From contig JBEKDZ010000004.1 of NCBI GenBank assembly GCA_050014095.1, forward strand, positions 8,359 through 72,358: DNA of 64,000 nt, given 5' to 3'. The position numbers and the translations under genes are program-made. This DNA is from Dehalococcoidales bacterium (GTDB lineage: Bacteria > Chloroflexota > Dehalococcoidia > Dehalococcoidales > RBG-16-60-22). Below are positions 47,106 to 55,279 of this stretch, piece by piece; the first letter of the stretch is position 1; every line of letters begins with the position of its first letter. The notes beneath the pieces are model-generated. The model worked only from the letters and a program-made list of their open reading frames with translations. It was not told where the DNA came from and did not search any database.

Positions 47106-47163
47106 ATTATAGTTCAGAACAGGCCCTCAAAGAGGAGAGCCGGGCTCAAGCAACGGAGAACAA

Positions 47164-47196
47164 ACCCGTGGGACTGACCGTCCTGCGGGTTTTTTT
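47164..47196 (+). terminator. Intrinsic terminator inside the 5' leader of the P-type ATPase (attenuator)
   Basis: ACCCGTGGGA-CTGACCG-TCCTGCGGGT is a 10-bp stem (two G-U pairs) followed by T7. It ends at the annotated ATG 47197 and 12 nt before the more likely ATG 47209. Confidence 0.7.
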
Positions 47197-47208
47197 ATGG
47201 GGAATATC

Positions 47209-49794
47209 ATGAAGGAAATCTACGATTTAAATAAACTGCGCCTGATTAGCGGCCTATCTGAAAAAGAGGCGGCGGAAAGACTCCGCCGTGAGGGTTTTAA
47301 CGAAATCCCGTCCGCTAAAAAACGCAGCTTTTTTGCGATAGCTTTTGACGTATTGCGGGAGCCGATGCTGCTGCTCCTTATCGCCGGCGGCATCATTTAC
47401 CTTATTCTCGGCGATATACAGGGAGCATTGCTGCTGCTTTTCTTCGTCGGCGTCATTATCAGCATCACCCTGTATCAGCAGCGTAAAACGGAACGTACGC
47501 TGGAGGCTTTACGCGACCTTTCGAGTCCGCGTGCCATGGTCATCCGCGACCATGCTACCAGGAGAATCGCTGGACGCGAGGTGGTGCGGGGCGATATCGT
47601 CGTCCTCTCCGAGGGCGACCGCGTGCCGGCGGACGGCGTCGTCCTGGACTGCAATAATCTGATGGTCGAAGAATCACTCCTCACCGGCGAGTCTGTCCCC
47701 GTGCATAAACTAGAATGCGCTGATGAAAACATGCCGATGCAGCGCCCCGGCGGCGACCAATCGCCCTTTGTCTACTCAGGCACGCTGGTCGTTAGCGGAC
47801 TGGGCATCGCGCGTATTGCCGCGACCGGCATCCATACCGAGTTCGGTCGTATCGGTAAGTCCCTGCAAACCATCGAGCCGGAGGAAACGCTCCTCCAGAA
47901 AGAAACGGGGCACCTCGTCCGCAACATCGCCCTGATTGCCGTGGCTCTTTGTGTGATACTGGCAATTGTCTATGGTCTCACCATCGGCAAATGGCTCGAT
48001 GGTTTTCTGGCGAGCATCACCCTGGCGATGGCTATCCTGCCGGAGGAGTTCCCGGTAGTGCTCACGGTTTTCCTGGCCATCGGCGCTTGGCGTATCTCGC
48101 AGAGTCATGTGTTAACCCGCCGCGTGGCGGCTATTGAAACGCTCGGCTCGAATACCGTCCTCTGTGTCGATAAAACCGGCACGCTGACCATCAACCGTAT
48201 GTCCGTGCGTAAGATTTTCACCGCCGGCGAGTTTTTCGATATCGAAGGCAGTCTCGAGGTGTCCCCGCCGGAAAAGTTCCATCGCTTGATTGAGTTCAGC
48301 ATTCTCGCCAGTCAGACTAACCCCTTCGACCCCATGGAAAAGGCTTTATGGGATTTAGGTGAACACTACCCCAGCCTCACGGAGCACCTGCATGACGATT
48401 GGGAGCTGATGAAGGAATACTCTCTATCACGAGAGCTAATGGCATTATCGCGGGTCTGGCAATCGCGTGAGCGGCAGGACTATGTTATCGCCGCCAAGGG
48501 CGCCCCCGAAGCCATTATCGACCTTTGCCACCTCGATGCTAAACGGGCGCGTGAGCTTCACGACAGGATAAGCGAGATGGCTGACGAAGGGCTAAGAGTG
48601 CTGGGCGTAGCTAAAGCCAGTTTTAGACAGACGGCGCTGCCGGGCAACCAGCACGTCTTTAACTTCGACTTTCTGGGGCTGATAGGCTTCGCCGACCCGA
48701 TTCGCCCGTCTGTGCCGGAGGCCATTGAAGAGTGCCATAACGCTGGTATCCGGGTAGTAATGATTACCGGTGACTACCCCATCACCGCACAGAATATCGC
48801 CCACCAGATTGGTCTCAAGGAGCCGGATAAAGTCATCACCGGCGCCGAGCTTAATGAATGGAGCGATAAAGAGCTCAAAAAGCGCATTATGACGGCTAAT
48901 GTTTTTGCCCGTGTGATACCGGAGCAGAAGCTGCGTCTGGTCAACGCCTTCAAGGCTAATGGCGAAATCGTCGCCATGACCGGCGACGGCGTTAACGATG
49001 CCCCGGCGCTAAAAGCCGCCAATATCGGCATCGCTATGGGGGGCAGGGGCACCGACGTCGCCCGTGAAGCCGGCGACCTGGTCCTGCTGGATGATGATAT
49101 GTTTTCTATCGTGAAAGCAATCAGGCTGGGCCGGCGTATCTTCGATAACCTGCGCAAAGCGATGGCTTATATCCTGGCGATACACGTGCCCATCGCCGGT
49201 TTATCCCTTATACCGGTTTTGTTTAAATGGCCGCTTGTTTTATATCCGGTGCACGTCGTGTTCTTGGAGCTGATTATCGACCCCGCCTGCTCGATTGCTT
49301 TTGAGGCTGAACCGGAAGAGTCCGATATCATGCAGCGTAAACCCCGCGACCGCAAGGAACCGCTTTTAAACGGCAGAACGGTGGCTTTGAGTCTTTTACA
49401 GGGCATCATCGTCCTCGGCATTACGCTGGCCGTTTATAAGTTGAGCCTAGCTTTAAACCTCGGCGAAGCTGAAGCGCGCATCCTCACCTTCACCACGCTC
49501 GTTATCGCCAACCTCGGCTTGATACTGACCAACCGCAACTGGTCAGCGACGATTTTTACCAGCTTCCGCGCCCGCAACATCGCCTTGAGGTGGATTCTTG
49601 TATCTGCTATCGTTTTCCTCGGGCTGGTTATTTACGTGCCCTTCCTGCGCGACTTGTTCCACTTCGAAATCTTGAACGGTGTTGACGTTCTCATCTGCGT
49701 CGGAGCCGGCCTGGTAAGCGTTCTCTGGTTCGAGGTCGTTAAATATCTTAGTCGGCAGAAAAAACAGCGGGTGGACGGCATTAACGGGGGTTGA
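47209..49794 (+). CDS. Cation-transporting P-type ATPase (type II-like, Ca2+/Mg2+ class not resolved)
   Basis: CVDKTGTLT phosphorylation site, TGES actuator motif (LTGESVPV), MITGDYPITA, TGDGVNDAPAL and the TM4 motif LPEEFP. Start 47209 (MKEIYDL) is preferred because 47197 abuts the terminator U-tract. Confidence 0.9.
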   Translation: MKEIYDLNKLRLISGLSEKEAAERLRREGFNEIPSAKKRSFFAIAFDVLREPMLLLLIAGGIIYLILGDIQGALLLLFFVGVIISITLYQQRKTERTLEALRDLSSPRAMVIRDHATRRIAGREVVRGDIVVLSEGDRVPADGVVLDCNNLMVEESLLTGESVPVHKLECADENMPMQRPGGDQSPFVYSGTLVVSGLGIARIAATGIHTEFGRIGKSLQTIEPEETLLQKETGHLVRNIALIAVALCVILAIVYGLTIGKWLDGFLASITLAMAILPEEFPVVLTVFLAIGAWRISQSHVLTRRVAAIETLGSNTVLCVDKTGTLTINRMSVRKIFTAGEFFDIEGSLEVSPPEKFHRLIEFSILASQTNPFDPMEKALWDLGEHYPSLTEHLHDDWELMKEYSLSRELMALSRVWQSRERQDYVIAAKGAPEAIIDLCHLDAKRARELHDRISEMADEGLRVLGVAKASFRQTALPGNQHVFNFDFLGLIGFADPIRPSVPEAIEECHNAGIRVVMITGDYPITAQNIAHQIGLKEPDKVITGAELNEWSDKELKKRIMTANVFARVIPEQKLRLVNAFKANGEIVAMTGDGVNDAPALKAANIGIAMGGRGTDVAREAGDLVLLDDDMFSIVKAIRLGRRIFDNLRKAMAYILAIHVPIAGLSLIPVLFKWPLVLYPVHVVFLELIIDPACSIAFEAEPEESDIMQRKPRDRKEPLLNGRTVALSLLQGIIVLGITLAVYKLSLALNLGEAEARILTFTTLVIANLGLILTNRNWSATIFTSFRARNIALRWILVSAIVFLGLVIYVPFLRDLFHFEILNGVDVLICVGAGLVSVLWFEVVKYLSRQKKQRVDGINGG

Positions 49795-49916
49795 TTTTTT
49801 AGTAAGCCGTGCTGTACGATAGACAGAACCTTTGAGTTGGCGTTCATTCCCGAAAGATGTTAGAATCTGGATGTTTTTATTAACTTATTAAGTCTGACCG
49901 CAGCGGAGGTACTAAC

Positions 49917-50885
49917 ATGGACAAGATTCTGAATGTTGGTCCACTAACCATGGACAAGACAAACCTGAAGAAAAATGCACTGGCCGGAGAAGTAGCGGTA
50001 ATTACAGGCGGGGCGGGCAACGTGGGGCTGGGCACGGCCAGAAGTCTGGCGTGGTTGGGTGCAAAAGTAGTGATTGCGGATGTAACGCCGGAGTCCGGAA
50101 AGGCGGCCGAGGAACTCATCAATAGCGAGAACGAGCCGAGGACCGCTCTCTTCGTAAATACCGATGTTTCCGACGAGGCTTCCATGAAGGCTATGGCCAA
50201 GCAGGCTTTCGATACGTTCGGGAAAGTGGATATCCTGGTCAACAATGCCATGATTATGTCCCTCGGGGCGCCGGTACTGAAGTCCACCATCTACCAGCTG
50301 GACCGGCAGTACGAGATAGCGGCGCGCGGTACACTTATCGGAATTCAGCTTTTCGTGCCCGGAATGCAGGAACGGCATCACGGCGTGGTCACGTACATGT
50401 CGACAGCTTTCCGCTATCCGGTAGGACCAAGCAACTACTGCGCGGCAAAAGCAGCGGCAACCTCTATAATAATGTCGCTGGCGGCGGAACTGGGGCCGGT
50501 GGAAAACACGGGTATTGCCGTCTTTGCCTTCATCCCGGCGGGCGTCGGCTTTCCCCGCAGCGTCCCTCCTCTTACTCCTGAACTATTAGAGAAATTTAAG
50601 AACTTCAAGATGCCCGCCATGCCCGGCTACGAGGGTAACATTCCCTCCGAGGATGGTGGGGCGGCTCTGGCCTATTGCATCACCCGGGCTGCCGAGCTGC
50701 ACGGCTCGGGGATAATGATTGGGCAGGCTTTCCGGCAGATGAACTGGCCGTATCCCAAGCCAGAGACGGTGCCGACTACCGATTTCCAGCGCATTGATGA
50801 CATGGCCCTAGCGCTGGTGTTTGCGATTATGGGGCCCGGCTTCCCCGACCCGAAGGTACCGCTGATGCCGATTAACCGGAAGTAG
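49917..50885 (+). CDS. Short-chain dehydrogenase/reductase (SDR) family oxidoreductase
   Basis: VAVITGGAGNVGLGTA (TGxxxGxG), NNAM, and the YCAAKAA catalytic YxxxK. Confidence 0.8.
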   Translation: MDKILNVGPLTMDKTNLKKNALAGEVAVITGGAGNVGLGTARSLAWLGAKVVIADVTPESGKAAEELINSENEPRTALFVNTDVSDEASMKAMAKQAFDTFGKVDILVNNAMIMSLGAPVLKSTIYQLDRQYEIAARGTLIGIQLFVPGMQERHHGVVTYMSTAFRYPVGPSNYCAAKAAATSIIMSLAAELGPVENTGIAVFAFIPAGVGFPRSVPPLTPELLEKFKNFKMPAMPGYEGNIPSEDGGAALAYCITRAAELHGSGIMIGQAFRQMNWPYPKPETVPTTDFQRIDDMALALVFAIMGPGFPDPKVPLMPINRK

Positions 50886-50926
50886 AGCAATTGCAGTAAA
50901 ACAAGAAACAATTCTTACAAAGAACT

Positions 50927-51002
50927 TTGGTAGGCCGTGCAGGATTCGAACCTGCGACCAATGGATTAAAAGTCCACTGCTCTACCAACTGAGCTAACGG
51001 CC
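50927..51002 (-). tRNA. tRNA-Lys (anticodon UUU), CCA encoded
   Basis: GGGCCGTTAGCTCAGTTGGTAGAGCAGTGGACTTTTAATCCATTGGTCGCAGGTTCGAATCCTGCACGGCCTACCA. The cloverleaf was checked by hand; the anticodon loop is CUUUUAA. Confidence 0.92.
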
Positions 51003-51073
51003 CTTGAAACGTAATTCCAGATATTAATTCTAACAAATCGGTCTCTCACTACGCAAATTTGACGTAGGACATC

Positions 51074-51161
51074 TGTCATTGCGAGGAGCGTAGCGACGTG
51101 GCAATCTCCATCATTGACTTTGTTCAGTTTTAGGGATTGCCACGCTTCGCTCGCAATGACA
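51074..51161. repeat. Family A inverted-repeat element (complete: long arm + spacer + short arm)
   Basis: Left arm TGTCATTGCGAGGAGCGTAGCGACGTGGCAATCTC, 24-nt spacer, right arm GGGATTGCCACGCTTCGCTCGCAATGACA. Confidence 0.8.
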
Positions 51162-51243
51162 GTGGAATTAATTTTTTGTCTATCCTCCCACCTTTGCGTT
51201 ATGGTTCGACAGGCTCACCATTTTACGTTATAATAGCCTCACT

Positions 51244-52344
51244 ATGGTGAATGATGAACTCTATATGCGGCTGGCTTTGAAAATGGCGCGCAAGGGACTG
51301 GGCAAAACCTCCCCCAACCCCATGGTGGGCGCCGTAATCGTTAAAGACGACCGTATTATCGGGCAGGGGTATCATCATGCTTTTGGCACCGACCATGCGG
51401 AGGTGGATGCGCTTAAGCACGCTCAAGAGGACGTTGCCGGGGCGACGCTTTACGTTACTCTGGAGCCCTGCCGCCACTACGGTAAAACCCCGCCCTGCAC
51501 CGATGTCATCATCAAGAGTAAAATCGGGCGGGTGGTAACCGGCATGCTGGACCCCGACCCCCGCATGAAGGGTGAAAGCGTGAAACTCCTGAACCAGAAT
51601 GGTATAAAGACCACCGTCGGTGTGCTGGAGGCGGACTGTCTTGCTCTGAACGAAAAGTACATCAAGCACCGCACCACCGGTCTCCCTTACGTTACGCTTA
51701 AGTGGGCGCAGACTTTGGACGGGCGCATCGCTACCGCTAAAGGCTCCTCACGCTGGATAAGCTCCCCGGAATCTTTAAAGTTGGCGCACCGGCTCCGCGC
51801 CACAAACGACGCAATTTTAGTGGGCGTCAGCACGGTGATAAAGGACGACCCGGAGCTGACCACCCGTTTGGTCAAGGGCAGGAATCCCATCCGCGTAATT
51901 CTGGACTCCACGTTAAGGATTCCCCTCGACGCTAAAGTGCTGTCCAATCAAAAAGCCGCCAAAACTTTAATCGCCGCCACCCCCCGCGCGGCTAAAGCAA
52001 AGCTCGCCGCCCTGCAAAAGATAGACATCGAGGTTTTAGTTGTTCCACAGGATAAAGACGGTAAAGTGGACTTAACTAAGCTGCTGCAAACCTTGGGTAA
52101 ACGTGATATCACGTCCCTGCTGGTGGAGGGGGGCGGCGAGGTGATTACCTCTTTCCTACGCCTGAACCTGGCGGATAAAGTGGTGGCAATCATCGCCCCC
52201 AAGATACTGGGCAAAGGCACCGACGCTATCGGCGACCTTAATATTACGGATTTAACTAAGGCTTACAAGCTCTCTTTTACGAAGGTCTATAGAAGCGGGG
52301 TGGATATAGTAGTGGAGGCTGGGAGACGTAAAGGACATTCTTGA
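51244..52344 (+). CDS. ribD: Bifunctional riboflavin biosynthesis deaminase/reductase
   Basis: HAEVDAL, TLEPCRHYGKTPPC (CMP/dCMP deaminase zinc site), and the C-terminal reductase domain (KWAQTLDGRIA...LLVEGGG). Confidence 0.9.
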   Translation: MVNDELYMRLALKMARKGLGKTSPNPMVGAVIVKDDRIIGQGYHHAFGTDHAEVDALKHAQEDVAGATLYVTLEPCRHYGKTPPCTDVIIKSKIGRVVTGMLDPDPRMKGESVKLLNQNGIKTTVGVLEADCLALNEKYIKHRTTGLPYVTLKWAQTLDGRIATAKGSSRWISSPESLKLAHRLRATNDAILVGVSTVIKDDPELTTRLVKGRNPIRVILDSTLRIPLDAKVLSNQKAAKTLIAATPRAAKAKLAALQKIDIEVLVVPQDKDGKVDLTKLLQTLGKRDITSLLVEGGGEVITSFLRLNLADKVVAIIAPKILGKGTDAIGDLNITDLTKAYKLSFTKVYRSGVDIVVEAGRRKGHS

Positions 52345-52447
52345 CTAGTTTTTATTACTTAATTCCCTTACAATTATATTACTTTTATTCTTACTCTTGA
52401 CAAAAACACAAATGGATAATACACTTAATAAAGGAGGGGGAAATATT

Positions 52448-52648
52448 ATGACAAGTAATTTGCAGAGTAAAAAATCCCGTCTGGAACTTGAATACAATAA
52501 ATTATTCCCTAATCCAGCCATATTCCCTACAATGACAGAAAATTCCTTAGAGCAACCTTCTCCGTTAAAAATAGTCCCAAGCGTAGCGACATCCGGAGCT
52601 TACGAAGAACCTATCCAATTCGATAGGATGATCATACCAGATGCCTAA
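52448..52648 (+). CDS. Small hypothetical protein (66 aa), translationally coupled to the downstream protease
   Basis: An AGGAGG RBS lies 7 nt before ATG 52448 (the track start 52397 has no RBS). Its stop overlaps ATG 52641 of the next gene by 8 nt. The region is AT-rich. Confidence 0.5.
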   Translation: MTSNLQSKKSRLELEYNKLFPNPAIFPTMTENSLEQPSPLKIVPSVATSGAYEEPIQFDRMIIPDA

Positions 52649-53567
52649 TTGGGCTGATATCCTTAACGAAATCCAGCAATTTCAAGCAAGCCATTTTACT
52701 CAGTCAAATGCAGCAGTAGATGTTGTTCGTCGAAAATACTTAAAATCCCTTTTCGATTACACGCAAAGGAATGTTATTGCATATTATTCAGGATTTTTAT
52801 CAAAGCCTGGTATATTACAGGCAGACATAAATGACGAAGACAAAAATGGCTTTATGATGGCAGTACATAAACTGGATAGGAGTAAAGGTCTAGATCTCAT
52901 CTTACATACTCCCGGTGGTGACATTGCGGCAACACAATCAATAGTTAATTATCTACAAAAAATGTTTAAACACAATATTCGGACAATTATTCCTCAAATA
53001 GCCATGTCAGCAGGCACAGTAATCGCATGTACTTGCAGAGAAATAATAATGTCGAATCACTCAAACATAGGCCCTATTGATCCTCATCTCAGTGGAGTAC
53101 CCGCCGTTGGCGTAATTGAAGAATTCCGCCGCGCCTGTAAAGAGATAAAAGATGACCCAAGCAAGATTCCTATTTGGCAATCAATAATTGGGCAATATAG
53201 ACCAACCTTTTTAAGTCGTTGTGAAAATGCTATAAAGTGGTCAAACGCTTTCGTTCAAGAGCAACTTGAAAATGTAATGTTTTCAGGTGAGCCAGATGCG
53301 AAAAACAAGTCCAAGAACATCGTAAAAAAATTGACTGATTATTCCAAAAATAAAACTCATAATAGACACATTCATTTCGAGGAATGTAAAAAAATCGGAC
53401 TAAAAGTAACTAAAATTGAAGATGATAATATTCTTCAGGATTTAGTTTTAACCGTTCACCATTGCTATATGTACGCATTGATGAATACTCCGTCATATAA
53501 AATGATTGAAAATCATCTTGGTGTAGCGCTTGTTAAAAGAGAGGTTGCTCCACAGCGACAACAATAG
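52641..53567 (+). CDS. SDH-family Clp-fold (ClpP/crotonase-like) serine proteinase
   Basis: LDLILHTPGGDIAATQSIVNYL and IPQIAMSAGTVIA (nucleophile Ser context) match the serine-dehydrogenase-proteinase type as I recall it. Confidence 0.65.
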   Translation: MPNWADILNEIQQFQASHFTQSNAAVDVVRRKYLKSLFDYTQRNVIAYYSGFLSKPGILQADINDEDKNGFMMAVHKLDRSKGLDLILHTPGGDIAATQSIVNYLQKMFKHNIRTIIPQIAMSAGTVIACTCREIIMSNHSNIGPIDPHLSGVPAVGVIEEFRRACKEIKDDPSKIPIWQSIIGQYRPTFLSRCENAIKWSNAFVQEQLENVMFSGEPDAKNKSKNIVKKLTDYSKNKTHNRHIHFEECKKIGLKVTKIEDDNILQDLVLTVHHCYMYALMNTPSYKMIENHLGVALVKREVAPQRQQ

Positions 53568-53583
53568 CTTTCTGTTAGATATT

Positions 53584-53773
53584 ATATTCCATCACCTCCG
53601 CTATCACAAAATCCTTCTCCCTCTCCCTTTTACAAAGGGAGACGATGTCATCTTCTCCTTTATACCGCATTTCCCACTTTGAAAAAGGGGGTTCACCCTG
53701 AAGGTTCTCCCTGAAGGGATTAAGGGGGATTTCATTCCCTCTTAAAATATGCCATCACCTCGGCTATCACAAA
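53584..53773. repeat. 27-nt direct repeat (25/27 identical) duplicating the folC 3' end and bracketing a 136-nt hairpin-rich insert
   Basis: ATATTCCATCACCTCCGCTATCACAAA (53584-53610) versus ATATGCCATCACCTCGGCTATCACAAA (53747-53773, inside folC). The insert contains TCCCTTT-TAC-AAAGGGA and a repeated CCCTGAAGG. Confidence 0.7.
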
Positions 53774-55096
53774 TATGCTCCCCGCCGCCACTATCAGGTC
53801 GTTAGGGCCTACCTCCCCCAACGCCAGCTGCATCGCGTCCTTTACGCTCTCCGCTAAACGAGGCGTCACGCCGTGTTTCTTAAACGCCGCCACCAGCGCC
53901 TCCGCCTTTACCGCCCGCGGGTGCTTGGATGCCACCAGGATAATGTCGCCCGTCATTTTGGCTGCCTCCGCCGCCATGCCCGGTATGTCTTTATCCGCCC
54001 CGAACCCCAAAATCAGCTTCATTTTATCGTACTTAAAATAATCGGCTAACGCTTCTCTTAACCTCTGCATCGAGTAGGCGTTATGCGCCCCGTCGACGAC
54101 GACCCACGGCTTTTTCCGCAGCACCTGTAAGCGCCCGGGCCAGTCCACCTTTGCTAATCCTGCGACGATGTTTTGGGACGATATTTTCGCGCCCTTTTCT
54201 TTGAGCAACTCTACTGCGGCGACGGCATCGGCGGCGTTCTCCAGCTGGTGCAAGCCGAGTAGTGCTATCCGCAGTTTGTACTCCCCCTTCAGCCCCTTCA
54301 CGCGGAAACTCTGTCCCTCCTGATTGAAGCCGAGCCTCTCCCACGTAACGTCCTCCCCCACTTTAACGAGGTGGACGCCCTTCTCCTGGCACACCCGCTC
54401 GATGACCTCCATTGCCTCCGGGAACTGCGGCGCGCTCACGACGCTTGCTCCCGGCTTGATGATGCCACACTTCTCGCCAGCTATCTTAGCTAACGTATCC
54501 CCCAGCACGTCCATGTGGTCGAAGCTGATGGACGTTAACACGCACACCTGCGGCTGTATTACGTTCGTGGCGTCGAGCCGTCCTCCTAAACCCACCTCCA
54601 GCACCTGGTAGTCCGCCTTCACCCGCTGGAAGTGGAGGAACGCCATCGCCGTAAAAATCTCGAAGGTCGTCAGTTCTCCAAGGTCGCCCAGCGCGTTCTC
54701 CGCTTCGACGTGGGGCTGGATAATTTCGACCAGCTTCGCCCAGTCCGCCTCGGCAACAGGCTGGGCATCCACCCGTATTCGCTCCGTGTAGGAAAGGAGG
54801 TGGGGGGAGGTATAAAGTCCCACCTTATAGCCGGCGTTGTGCAGAATCGACGCTATCATGGCGGAAGTGCTGCCCTTCCCCTTCGTCCCCGCCACATGCA
54901 CCGAACGCGCGTAATTTTGCGGATTGTCCAATCTTGCCAGCAGCCTCTCGATGCGTTTTATATCCCACACAATCCCCGACCGCGGCAGCCGCTCGTAATC
55001 CGCAAACTTCAGAACGTAGTCCAGAGCTTCCTGGTAGTTCAATATTTGCCTCTTAAAATTATCATATCTCAATCCGGTATTCAGGTAAAGCCACAT
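53732..55096 (-). CDS. folC: Folylpolyglutamate synthase / dihydrofolate synthase
   Basis: VHVAGTKGKGST (P-loop), Mur-ligase family layout, DGAHN. Confidence 0.9.
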   Translation of the reverse strand: MWLYLNTGLRYDNFKRQILNYQEALDYVLKFADYERLPRSGIVWDIKRIERLLARLDNPQNYARSVHVAGTKGKGSTSAMIASILHNAGYKVGLYTSPHLLSYTERIRVDAQPVAEADWAKLVEIIQPHVEAENALGDLGELTTFEIFTAMAFLHFQRVKADYQVLEVGLGGRLDATNVIQPQVCVLTSISFDHMDVLGDTLAKIAGEKCGIIKPGASVVSAPQFPEAMEVIERVCQEKGVHLVKVGEDVTWERLGFNQEGQSFRVKGLKGEYKLRIALLGLHQLENAADAVAAVELLKEKGAKISSQNIVAGLAKVDWPGRLQVLRKKPWVVVDGAHNAYSMQRLREALADYFKYDKMKLILGFGADKDIPGMAAEAAKMTGDIILVASKHPRAVKAEALVAAFKKHGVTPRLAESVKDAMQLALGEVGPNDLIVAAGSIFVIAEVMAYFKRE

Positions 55097-55100
55097 TAAA

Positions 55101-55140
55101 TGTCATCCTGACCCTGAACAAAGTGAAGGGGAAGGATCTC
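55101..55140. repeat. Imperfect hairpin repeat TGTCATCCTGACCCTGAAC-AAA-GTGAAGGGGAAGGATCTC
   Basis: Shares the TGTCAT..C..GA..ATC frame of families A and B; intergenic. Confidence 0.45.
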
Positions 55141-55221
55141 GTGGTGGGGATAGGTTTTTCCCGGTTTTACCAAAAATATTTTAATAATATGTTAACTTTC
55201 TATCTAGAACCCTATTGACAA

Positions 55222-55269
55222 ACACTACAGGTTGTGCCAAGATATAAGCCTTGATACAATAACTTGTGG
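55222..55269 (+). promoter_or_regulatory. Two NrdR-box-like 16-mers spaced 32 bp start-to-start, upstream of nrdR-nrdJ
   Basis: ACACTACAGGTTGTGC (55222-37) and ATACAATAACTTGTGG (55254-69) each match 12/16 of the acaCwAtATaTwGtgt consensus as I recall it. TTGACA at 55215-20 sits just upstream. Confidence 0.45.
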
Positions 55270-55279
55270 AGGTCGGCGG

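Noticed and set aside
47106-47163. Assignment of the ATPase leader to a known riboswitch class (M-box, yybP-ykoY, NiCo)
   Set aside because: The length (about 85 nt) is too short for an M-box, and I could not recognise the conserved cores of the others by eye. It is kept as an unclassified attenuator candidate instead.
51003-51243. FMN riboswitch upstream of ribD
   Set aside because: The region is occupied by a family A inverted repeat. I could not find the conserved FMN-element core (AGGAUAGU...GGUG...CCGAC-type blocks).
52345-53583. Classical integrative genomic island or prophage remnant
   Set aside because: There is no integrase, recombinase or phage gene, no adjacent tRNA (tRNA-Lys is 1.3 kb away, on the other side of ribD), and no direct repeats flanking the whole islet. 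Only a compositional anomaly is supported.
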